This document shows, piece by piece, positions 39,792 to 49,911 of a DNA stretch of 64,000 bases. The translations under genes and the position numbers were made by a program. Source of the stretch: Hemiscyllium ocellatum (taxonomy: Eukaryota); NCBI RefSeq assembly GCF_020745735.1, contig NC_083412.1:59548320-59612319 (forward strand). The letters run 5' to 3'. Numbering within the stretch: the stretch's first letter is position 1; the number at the start of each line of letters is the position of its first letter. A model generated the notes under the pieces. That model was not told where the DNA came from. It saw only the letters and a program-made list of their open reading frames with translations, and searched no databases.

Positions 39792-40117
39792 CTGAAGCCA
39801 GAATTGTTCTTCAGTCAATGCTGACCTTTCACTGAGAGCCGCCTGGTGTGGGAGCAGGGAACGATTCCGCTCTGGAAATGTGGCTTAGAGAGGGGCTCTC
39901 TGACACAGCTCGGTGTGAAAACAAAGGGTGGAAACTAGCTAGGAATTGCCTTCTGTTTTTTTTAATGTTTCTCAAGGTTATTGTGTGCTCTAACAGGGTG
40001 ACTGAAGCAAACCCACCTGTTCGACCGAATTAAAGTCCATAAAAAACAATGTTGGAAGTTACTATGTGCAACGTGAAAGGTTATGATCATTATGTGCAAT
40101 CATTACCAATAAATACA

Positions 40118-40363
40118 ACATCAAAAATCACACAACACCAGGTTATAGTCCAACAGGTTTAATTGGAAGCACTAGCTTTCCGAGCGTCGCTCCTTCATCA
40201 GGTGGTAGTGGAGGGCTCAATCCTATCACCTGATGAAGGAGCGTTGCTCCGAAAGCTAGTGCTTCCAATTAAACCTGTTGGACTATAACCTGGTGTTGTG
40301 TGATTTTTAAATTTGTACATCCCAGTCCAACACCGGCATCTCCAAATCATGACTACTATCGAC
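40118..40363. mobile_element. Penelope-type fold-back element with 13-bp TSD
   Basis: Inverted arms of about 80 bp (aaaaatcacacaacaccagg.../...cctggtgttgtgtgattttt); ACCAATAAATACA at 40105-40117 and 40364-40376. Confidence 0.85.
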
Positions 40364-40560
40364 ACCAATAAATACAGCTTTAGCAATGTGTCGGTTTTAA
40401 TGGAATTGAGGTTACTTTTCTTGTTAGAAAAATGTGCACATCACTCTCCTGTTATTCCATCTCCAATACTGCGTGTTTTATAATGGAATTGTTAATTTTC
40501 CAGCCCCCTTGGCTATAACTGGGAGTCCTGTGGTGTGGTCAGTATTAGTGAGGCACCTAT

Positions 40561-40856
40561 CTGGACTGGCTCTGAGCCTTGTCCTCACTGACCCAGTGAA
40601 GGTGCTGTGCTGAATGTGACAGGAGACGGCGGCTCCCTGCTCCCGCTGGGGCTTTGCAATCCGCAGCCGGGAGCTCAGGTTGTAACTGCTGTCCGTGTTT
40701 ACTGTCAGCGAGCCCGGCTCCTCCTGGTAGGAGACATCCCCCTCAACAATCCAGGAAATGGTCAGATCCCTCGGGAAAAATCCCGCAGCCAAACAAGTCA
40801 GTGTCTGAATCCCAACGCCTTCATCCTGGGGATCCGCTGTCAGATTTCAGGTTTCG
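40561..40856 (-). CDS. Ig C1-set domain exon with frameshift
   Basis: Acceptor gttttatttag, then AKPEI (TGA at 40840-40842), shifting to TADPQDEGVGIQTLTCLAAGFFPRDLTISW..NTDSSYNLSSRL..SCHIQH..VRTRLRASP. C1 hallmarks are LxCLAxGFxP, W, NxDxSY...S.L and CxxxH. 296 nt plus 1 gives 99 codons. Confidence 0.85.
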
Positions 40857-41254
40857 CTAAATAAACACATCAAAACAACACACATTGTGTCAATCTTCAT
40901 TGTAGCAAATAGAAATCGGCAGGTAGCAAGGAGAGGGATGGTTAAAACAGCCTAAAACTTGGATACTCAATGGGACAGTGCAGAATGGGTTTAATAACTT
41001 GTACCCCGATTACCAAATCACCGACACCAGGAGACAGACCCCTCCTCACAATGTGGGTCAGAATGAGAACCGGGGGTCTCAATCCGTTTCGTCCCGACAC
41101 GCGGTCGAGTTGTGGTTTTTTTGGAGCAGGATGTTCAAGAAAATGAGAAAAGTAAACTTTTTCACAAAATCACTTTCGATATTTGCAATTGGCTTGTTGG
41201 AAATCGGATCTTTCGCTGTTATAGTTCGGATTAGAGAGTTTTGTCATAGAATCA

Positions 41255-42290
41255 TAGATTCTACAAGATGATCAGAGGATTAGATAGGGTAGACAGTGAA
41301 AGTCTTCTTCCTAGGATGATGATGATGTCAGCATGTAGGAGGGGGCATAACTACAAATGGAGAGGTGACAGATTTAAGACATATGTCTGAGGCAGGTTCT
41401 TTACTCAGAGAGTGGTAAGGGTGTGGAATGCCTTACCTGCTAATGTAGTCAACTCAGGCACATTAGGGAGATTTAAACAATCCTTAGATAAGCACATGGG
41501 TGACTTTGGGATAGTGTAGGGGGACGAGCTGAGAATAGTTCACAGGTCGGCGCAACACTGAGGGCTGAAGAGCCTGTTCTGCGTTGTATTGTTCTATGTT
41601 CTATGGAGTCACAGGTAGATAGAGTAGTGAAGAAGACATTTGGTATGCTTTCCTTTATTGGCCAGAGCATTGAGTCTACCAGTTGGGAGGTCATGTTGCG
41701 GCTGTAAGGACATTAGTTAGTTCACTTTTGGAAAATTACGTGCAATGCTGATCTCCTTCCTATTGGAAGGATATTGTGAAACTTGAAAGGGTTCAGAAAA
41801 AATTTACAAGTATGCTGCCAGGGTTAGAGGGTTTGAGTGGTAAGGAGAGGTTGAATAGGCTGAGGCTATTTTCCCTGGAGCGTCAGAGGCTGAGGGGTGA
41901 CCTTACAGAGGTTTATAAAATCATGAGTGGCATGGATAGGATAAATAGACAAGGTTTTTTTCCCTTGGGTGGGGGAGTCCAAAACTAGAGGGCATAGTTT
42001 AGGCTGAGAGGGTAAAGAACATAAAAGAGACCTAAGGGGCAACATTTTCATGCAGAGGGTGGTGCGTATGTGGAATGGGCTGCCAGAGGAAGTGGTGGAG
42101 TCTGGTACAATTCAACACTTAAAAGGCATCTGGATGGGTATATGAATAGGAAGGGTTTGGAGGGATATGGGCTAAGTGCTGGCAAATGGGACTTGATTAG
42201 GTTAGGATATCTGGTCATCATTAGCGAGTTGGATCGAAGGGTCTATTTCTATGATGTACATCTCAATGGCTCTGTGACTCATCATTGAGT
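41255..42290 (+). mobile_element. Two CR1 3' fragments in the V-C1 intron
   Basis: ORF KLERVQKKFTSMLPGLEGLS..LERQRLRGDLTEVYKIM, and a second CR1 tail at 41255-41590. Confidence 0.8.
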
Positions 42291-44700
42291 TGTACAGCAT
42301 GAAAATAAACCCTTCCATCCAACTCGTCCATGCTGACTAGATATCCTACATTTAGTCCAGTCCCACTTACAAGCACCTGGCCCATATCCCTTTAAATCCT
42401 TCCTATTCATATACCCATCCAGATACCTTTTAAATGTTATAATCATCCCAGCATCCACCAAATCCTCTGTGTGATAACATTGCCCCTTACGGTTCTTTTA
42501 AGTCCTTGTCCTCTCACCCTAATTCTATGCCCTCTAGTTCTGGACCCCCCCACTCCCACCCCAGGGAAAATACCTTGTCTATTTACCCTATCCATGCCCT
42601 TTGTGATTTTAGAAACCTCTATAAGGTCACCCCTCAGCCTCCAACACTCCAGGGAACATAGCTCCAGCCTATTCAGCCTCTCCCTGTAGCTCAATTCCTC
42701 CCACCCTGGCAAGGTCCTTGTAAATCTTTTCTGAATCCTTTCAAGTTTCACAACATCCTTCCGATAGGAAGGAGACCAGAATTGCATGCAATATTCCAAC
42801 AGTTGCCTAACCAATGTTCTGTATAGTCGCAATATGACCTCCCAACTCATATACTCAATGCCCTGACCAATAAAGGAAAGCATACCAAACACCTTCTTCA
42901 ATATCCTATCTACCTGCACTCTACGCTCAAGGAAAAATTAATCTGTACTCCAATGTTTTTTTGTTTAGCAACACTTCCCAGGACCATATATTGTGTTTAA
43001 GTCCTGCCCTGATTTGCATTTCCAAAATGCAGCACCTCACATTTACCTAACTTAAACTCCATCTGCCACTTCTCAGCCCATTGGCCCAGTTGATAAAGAT
43101 CCTGTTGTAATCTGAGGTAACCTTCTTCGCTGTCCACTACACCACCAATTTTGGAGTCATCTACAAACTTGCTAACCATGCCTCCTTTGTTCACATCCAA
43201 GTTGTTTACATAAATGATGAAAAGAAGTGGACCCAGCATGGATCTTGTGGCACTCCACTGGTCACAGGCTTCCAGTCTGAAAAACAACCCTCCACTGTTT
43301 CCTATCTTCGAGCCAGTTCTGTATCATAATGGCTAGTTCTCCCTGTATTCCATGAGATCTAACCTTGCTAAGCAATCTCCCATGAGGAACTTTGTCAAAC
43401 GCCTTACTGAAGTCCATATTTATCATGTCCACTGCTCTATTCTCATCAATCCTCTTTGTTACTTCTTCAAAAAAACTCAATTAAGTTAGTGAGATATGAT
43501 TTCACACATACAAAGCCATGTTAACTATCCCCAATCAGTCCTTGCCTTTCCAAATACATGTAAATTCTGTCCCTCAGGATTCCCTTCAACAATTTGCCCA
43601 TGACCAATGACATCCTCACTGGCCTATAGTTCCCTGGCTTTTCCTTAGCACCTTTCTTAAACTATGGCACCAGGTTAGATTAGATTAGATTACTTAAAGT
43701 GTGGAAACAGGCCCTTCAGCCCAACAAGTCCACACCGACCCGCCGAAGCAGAACCCACCCATACCCTTATATTTGCCCCTTACCTAACACTACGGGCAAT
43801 TTAACATGGCCAATTCACCTGACCTGCACATCTTTGGACTGTGGGAGGAAACTGGAGCACCTGGAGGAAACCCCCACAGACACGGGGAGAACGTGCAAAC
43901 TCCACACAGTCAGTCGCCTGAGGTGGGAATTGAACCCGAGTCTCTGGCGCTGTGGGGCAGCAGTGCTAACCACTGTGCCACTGTGCCGCCCACAGTTTGC
44001 TTATGTCCAGTCTTCCTGCACCTCACCTGTGACTATCAATAATACAGATATATCAAAAAGGTGCCCAGCAATCACTTCCATAGCTTCCCACATAGTTCAA
44101 TAGTATACCTGATCAGGTCCTGGGGATTTATCCACGTTTATGCATTTTAAGACATCCAGCACCTCATCCTCTGTAATCTGGACATTTTTCAAGATGTCGC
44201 CATCTATTTCCCTGCATTCTATATCTTCCACATCCTTTTCCACAGTAAATACTGATGCTAAATACTCATTTAGTATATACCCCATCTCCTGCAGCTCCAC
44301 ACATAGTCTGCCTTGCTGATGTTTGAGGGGCCATATTCTCTCCCTAGTTACCCTTTTGTCCTTAACGTATTTATAAAATCCCTTTGCATTCTCCTTAACC
44401 CTATTTGCCAATGCTATCTCATGTCCCCTTTTTGCCTTCCTGATTTCCCTCTGAAGTATATTTCTTCTGCCTCTGTACTTTTCTGAGAATTCACTTGATC
44501 GCTGCTGTCTATACCTGACGTATGCTTTCTTCTTCTTCTTGACCAAAACCTCAATTTCTTTAGTCATCCAGCATTCCTTACACCTATCAGCCTTGCCTTT
44601 TACCCTAGCAAGAACAATTTGTCTCTGGACTCTCCTTATCTCATTTCTGAAGGCTTCCCATTTTCCAGCCGTCACTTTACCTGTGACCATCCGCACTCTA
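42290..44700 (-). mobile_element. CR1 LINE fragment (about 2.4 kb) in the V-C1 intron, interrupted by a SINE
   Basis: Minus ORFs with DFSKAFDKVPHGRLL, LGPLLFIIYVNNLD, FVDDSK, LVRQLLEYCMQFWSP and KSPGPD. Confidence 0.9.
43675..43991 (-). mobile_element. HE1-like SINE, full length
   Basis: ttagattagattagattac tail through ...cactgtgccgccc. Confidence 0.9.
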
Positions 44701-45084
44701 TCAACTTTTAAAAGTTTTGGACGAATACCATCAAAAAGGGCCTCCCTCCAAAATTAGAACATCAACTTTTACATCTTGTCTATGCTTTTCCATCACTATT
44801 TTAAGACTAATAGAACTATGAGCGGCTTTCTTCAAACTAAGTGTTGAAAAGGATGGGACTGAAAGGATCCGATCGAAAAGCAGGTGTTGCTGGTGGGTGG
44901 TTACTGTGAGATTCCAGGTAACCCCCGGGCAGACCCTGTGCTCCCACACAACATCCCAGTGTGGGCTCTGTCTCTGTGATTCTGGGCACTGTTTCTGTTT
45001 CCTTCTCTCACACATTGAGTTATTTCACTCTCCCTTCATCTTCTCAGAGAAAGCTCACTGCACAGAACCAGGCCATTTGGCCCA

Positions 45085-45290
45085 TCGTGGCGAAAGGGAG
45101 GACTGCAGATGCTGGAGGTCAGAGTCAAGGTTAGAGTGGTGCTGGAAAAACACATCAGGTCAGGCTGGAGGTTCAGTGAGCCTGACGTGAAGGGCTGCTG
45201 AAGGGCTTTTGTCCCAAACGTCGATTCTCCTGCTCCTCGGATGCTGCCTGACTTGCTGTGCTTTTCCAGCACCACTCTCACCTTGACATT
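45085..45290. mobile_element. Penelope-type fold-back fragment
   Basis: agagtggtgctggaaaaacac... and ...gtgcttttccagcaccactct are inverted arms. Confidence 0.7.
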
Positions 45291-45738
45291 TGGCCCATCG
45301 TGTCCCTGCTGGTTCGACAGCCGCCTTATTCGGAAACTCTGAGAAATGTTTCTCTTCAGAATGTTTTGAACTTCATGATGAAATCTGTCTCTGTCCCAGT
45401 CCGGGGGAGTGCGGGTAAAACCGAGCCCATATGTGGACTCTGTTTCGGATGATCTTCAGTGTGAACCTGTACCGCTTGGTTTGGGACATGGGGATAGACT
45501 CTCCCTGTCTATTCTGTCCAGACACTGAATCAGCAACAAAACCTCGCGGATTCTGGGAACACTCAGCAGGTCAGGCTGTCTCTGGGGCACGGCTCAGATA
45601 AACCACTTTGATAAACTGTTCAACTATTAAACCTCCAACTTCTTCCAGTTCTGACCAACCTGACCCATGACCTGTTTCTCTCTCTCTCTCTCCAGATGCA
45701 GCCCTTCCTGCTGACTATTTTGGATCTTCCACAATTAC

Positions 45739-46080
45739 CTTGAATGTTCAATGTCATTCCATTTCCCTGGAAGTATTTCCAGGGCCGAGGTTTCTGTCTG
45801 AGAACCACACAGCGGTAAGTGTCAGAATCATTCACCATCAGCTCCCGGATAATGAGGAAACTCTCTGACACTGACACTGACATACGAGGGCTGTTTTCCA
45901 GGAAGTTCCTGGATCCTTTGCCGCTGAAGTCAGGATTGTCTCTTGCCCGACACCAATAATATCTCACCCGCTCCGCCCGCTCCTCTCCCGGTACCAGGCT
46001 GCAGTTAATCCGAGCGGTCTGCCCTCTCAGGAGAGAGAGAGCTGGAGGAGACTCAATCACTTCCAGAGGGACAACAGGCC
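45739..46080 (-). CDS. Ig V-set domain exon with built-in J-like G strand
   Basis: Acceptor ttatgttccag, donor CAAG|gtaatt; 342 nt, phase 1-1. Encodes LEVIESP..G.TARINC, W, DSDTYRC and FQGNGMTLNIQ (GxG motif) in one exon with no RSS. Confidence 0.9.
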
Positions 46081-46175
46081 CTGGAACATAATGTGACAAC
46101 AAATGGGAACATCATCTCCACAGAACCCGAGTCTAACTGCAATGACTGCTCCCTGGAATCAAAGGCAATCCTTAC

Positions 46176-46212
46176 CCAAGAGGAAGAGCCAGAGCCTGAG
46201 AGCTGAGCCCAT
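46176..46212 (-). CDS. Leader exon MGSALRLWLFLL(G)
   Basis: ATG in gaacATGG context (A at -3, G at +4), hydrophobic core, phase-1 donor TTGG|gtaagg, 95-bp intron to the V exon. Confidence 0.85.
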
Positions 46213-46240
46213 GTTCCTGAGGATGACGCTGTCTCACTGG

Positions 46241-46330
46241 CTACTTGGAGCTGTTGGTCATTGTGCAGGAAATGCCGGTCACAGCGACCTTGGTGCGGGG
46301 GGTGGACCGCTCACTGACTCACATCACACT
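46241..46330 (-). promoter_or_regulatory. Putative proximal promoter / 5' UTR of the V-C1 gene
   Basis: AP-1 consensus TGACTCA at 46315-46321, ETS-core CAGGAAAT near 46266-46273, uORF MTNSSK* at 46241-46261. No TATA box or Ig octamer seen nearby. Confidence 0.3.
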
Positions 46331-46719
46331 CACTGCTGCTCACAGACAGAAAGGAATAGCAACACTCAACCGGTCAGTGCCGGGATATTCACTGCTTCTG
46401 TGCAATAGCAAGTTAAGTTCCCCTTCATGAGCAAACCAACAAATCCTGTACCACGGTTTACAGGAGATTAATGGATACTGCCGAGAGATCAAATTTCCCG
46501 CACGTCTCCTCCCTCACCTCCTCTGTCATCCGCCTCCCTCAGAAAGACATTGATTTCAAAATTAAAATTGTTTTATTTCTTAAGGGGAACTTGAGATTAG
46601 AATGAGGAACAAGGCAGTAAAATGAGATTTTGATCTGAATTTCTGTAAAGATTGCCCTTTCAATTTTTTCCGCTTGGTTTTCCACTAAGTTTGTGTGAGG
46701 GATGTTTATACACCACCGC

Positions 46720-47290
46720 CCTCATGGTGTATGCAAAAGACCTTTCCAAGGGACCTGCTTTGAGTTGATTTTGCTTTAATAATTCTTCAGACTTACTTTC
46801 TATAATATCAATATTCTCTAACTTTATTTAAATATTTATACTTATGGCTAGCTTTCTCTTGTACTCCAAATTTTTCCTTTCTTATTAATTTTTAACTGTT
46901 CTAGCTGCTTGTTGTATTCTGTCCAAGCTGCTGACTTGCTGTCCATTTTTGCACAATTATATCATTTTTTGGAGTTTATTATCATCTTTTAGTTTTCTGG
47001 TAAATCTTAGGTGGTGGGTCTATCCCTTGGAATTGTTCTTACTCATTGGAATGCATCTGTTCTGTTTATCTGGGAATATCCCATAGAAACATAGAAATGT
47101 GAAGCAGGAGTAGACCAGTTAATTCTCCAAACCTGCTCCACCATTCAATAGGATCATGGCTAGTCATTCAACACAATTCTCTGTTCCTAATTTGTCCCCA
47201 TACCCCTTGATCCTTTTAGCACAAAGAACTATATCTAATTTCTTCTTGATATCACTCAATGTTTTGGTCTCAACTGCTTTCTGTGGCACA
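46720..47290 (-). mobile_element. CR1 LINE fragments
   Basis: Reverse CR1 text including the tail catagaaacatagaaatgtgaagcaggagtagacc. Confidence 0.6.
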
Positions 47291-47899
47291 GAATTCCACA
47301 ACTATTAGTAAGGTGAATGGTTTGAGCTTTGAGAAGGAAATTCCAGAGGTAAATGAGGGCAAAGGGAATAAGTGTGGGAAACTGTTTCCTGTAAAAGGTC
47401 ATAATGTTGGTCAACTGCAAAGAAATTAAAGACCTCGAGGAAGAAGGTGTGGGGGGAATGTTAATCCTCAGGTTTCCTGCCTCCATATGCAATGCCTGTG
47501 GGTAGAGGTAGATGCCAATGGCAAGGGGACACCAGACCTCCAGTATAGTGTTGCAATTGTGATCGACTGTGTCACTTTGCCTGGGATTGTAGATCACCTT
47601 GACGGTACTGACAAGGACAGACACAAGGACAGGAATCAGCCCAGGGGTACAGAAGGGAAGCAGAGGACATTGCTTCACTTTATCCACCAGTACCGGATGC
47701 AAATCCAAAAGCATGACTGTGCCAGGCCTCTCCAGTGTGGGGGTGTAATGCCACACTGTAGGCAGTGTAGGCAGCTTCAGGGCTCCTGTGCCCAGGGATT
47801 GTCCACTATGTCAGCTTTTTTCTCAGTTTTTAAAATCTTGTTTTCAAGTTTTTTTTCTCTTTTATCGATTTTTGGCAGAGGCAATATGAAAGCAGCTTT

Positions 47900-48685
47900 G
47901 TTGAGATCCAGAGCATGGCTGTGGCTGGTGAGCCTGGAGCAGGATCGGGAAGATGGCAGCGAGGTGGTTGGTGAGTCAGGTGCCGGATCTGGAAGATGGC
48001 AGCGAGATGGTTGGTGAGTCTGGTGCGGGATCTGGAAGATGGAAATGAGGTGGTTGGTGAGTCTGGTGCGGGATCTGGAAGATGGCAGCGAGGTGGTTGG
48101 TGAGTCTGGTGCGGGATCTGGAAGATGGCAATGAGGTGGTTGGTGAGTCTGGTGCCAGATCTGGAAGATGGCAGTGAGGTGGTTGGTGAGTCTGGTGCGG
48201 GATCTGGTTGATGGTAATGAGGTAGTTGGTGAGTCTGGTGTGGGATCTGGAAGATGGCTGTGAGGTGGTTGGTGAATCTGGTGCGGGATCTGGAAGATGG
48301 CAGTGAGGTGGTTGGTGAATCTGGTGCGGGATTGGAAAGATGGCAATGAGGTGGTTGGTGAATCTGGTGCGGGATCTGGAAGATGGCAGCGAGGTGGTTG
48401 GTGAGTCTGGGGCAAGATCTGGAAGATGGCAGTGAGGCGTTGGTGAATCTGGTGTGGGATCTGAAAGATGGCAGTGAGGTGTTTGTGAATCTGGTGTGGG
48501 ATATGGAAGATGGCAACAAGGTGGTTGGTGAATCTGGTGCGGGATCTGGAAGATGGCAGTGAGGTGTTGGTGAATATGGTGCGGGATCTGGAAGGTGGCA
48601 GAGAGGTGTTTGGTGAATCTGGTGCGGGATTGGAAAGATGGCAGCGAGGTGGTTGGTGAGTCTGATGGGGGATCAAGAAGATGGC
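47900..48685. repeat. 43-bp minisatellite, about 17-18 copies
   Basis: Unit gagtctggtgcgggatctggaagatggcagcgaggtggttggt. The minus-strand ORFs repeat with a 43-aa period (3 units). Confidence 0.95.
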
Positions 48686-49911
48686 AAAACAGATTTGAAT
48701 TAAGCCAATCAATTTTCTTAGTCACTGTGGTAATCCATGGGAAATGCAAAATTGAAAAGAAATGCATTCAACCAATATGCTGTTGTCCCCTCCCTAAAGA
48801 TGAGAAATTGCTTTGATCTTTTTTGTTGAGTTTTGTAGAAATCATATTGGTAGCTTTGCTACCAAAGCATTTCCATTATCACATCTTTGGAAGGAGAATA
48901 TTCCCTGATAGTAGACTGAACAACACAGGCTGTTTCAGATTAAATCAGGCTTTAGCTACAGCTCCACAACTACAAGAATAGGGAACTGGGACGAGTGTCT
49001 TATGCTTCTAGGCTTTTAACACAAATACAGTAAGGATTCACACTGTATGAAAGACATCTTCTTGCAATACTTTGGGAAGTGCAGCATTTTTCTGACATAA
49101 TTTGGCTTAATTCATTGATTATCCTTACAGAACATACTCCTATTCAATTGTTGTTAAGATAGGTGCATTACAAATGGTACTGTTGGTCAAATCAGACAGT
49201 GGGTTGGATGGACCTTAATGATTCAAGATCCAGATATCACAGTAAGATTGACCAAATTGCTAACTTTCTTAGCTGGTAATTTAAGTTACAGTGGTGAATT
49301 GCATGAGTGTCAAATTTGGGCAAGAAGTGATCCTAAGGGATCATTTGTTACAAAACAAAAGAGGACTCATAAATTCAACAAGATTGGAATATATGTCTGA
49401 CATACCTGAACAGAGAGATGCCACCAAACAGCTTTTGAATATTTTTGTTCATGGATCCTGTATGGTGGAGAATGCCATTAGAAAGTGTTACGACACAGGT
49501 AAACATTTCTGCTTAATTTCAAACCAGCAACACAGAAAAGATTTATCCCATGCAGTAATCTGTAAAAATTCAAGTGGCCAAGAACAATTAAGGGTAAAAA
49601 TTAATAAGTTTATTTTTTAAAGTATAACAGAGAATAATTAACTAACAGCTATATGCCAGTCCTTACTCTAAGCTATCTTTTACATTCCCTTCTCTAATAG
49701 TAGTTCGATAAAACCCTCGATTATGATTTACAGAACAAAACGTCTTATCTCAAAACCCCTGCAGCTTTCATTCTTATCGGTATTTCGGTCCTCTTTTCTT
49801 CTTCTTCATGATCGTGCTTCCCAGGTTATTGATTGATAAAGGTACCTTTAAGAGAGCTATTTTCTGGGCAGTATGCAGATGTTGTTGACTTTGCAGTTCT
49901 CCTCTCAACTC

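Larger units (their letters stand above)
40478..46212 (-). pseudogene. Non-rearranging antigen-receptor-like IgSF gene (leader, VJ-type V, C1), probably disabled or secreted
   Basis: Three phase-compatible exons: 46176-46212, 45739-46080 and 40561-40856. The C1 exon has a 1-bp deletion and an AT in place of the GT donor. Confidence 0.8.

Noticed and set aside
40340-40420. TCR-like TM remnant TLLKLYLLVSIVVMIW below the C1 exon
   Set aside because: The SIVVMIW part lies inside the 13-bp-TSD-bounded insertion. The empty site would read LLKLYLLVMIAHNDH, too short for a TM, and the nearest acceptor is phase 0.
45808-45846. CACAGCG heptamer-like sequence at the YxC codons of the V exon, as a cryptic RSS
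   Set aside because: No nonamer at 12- or 23-bp spacing (atcattcac, tcagctccc); it follows from the Cys-Val codons.
47900-48685. CRISPR-like array
   Set aside because: The units are contiguous with no unique spacers, and the context is eukaryotic.
47777-48767. Three long minus-strand ORFs (229-311 aa) as protein genes
   Set aside because: They are produced by a stop-free 43-bp tandem unit and show no domain content.
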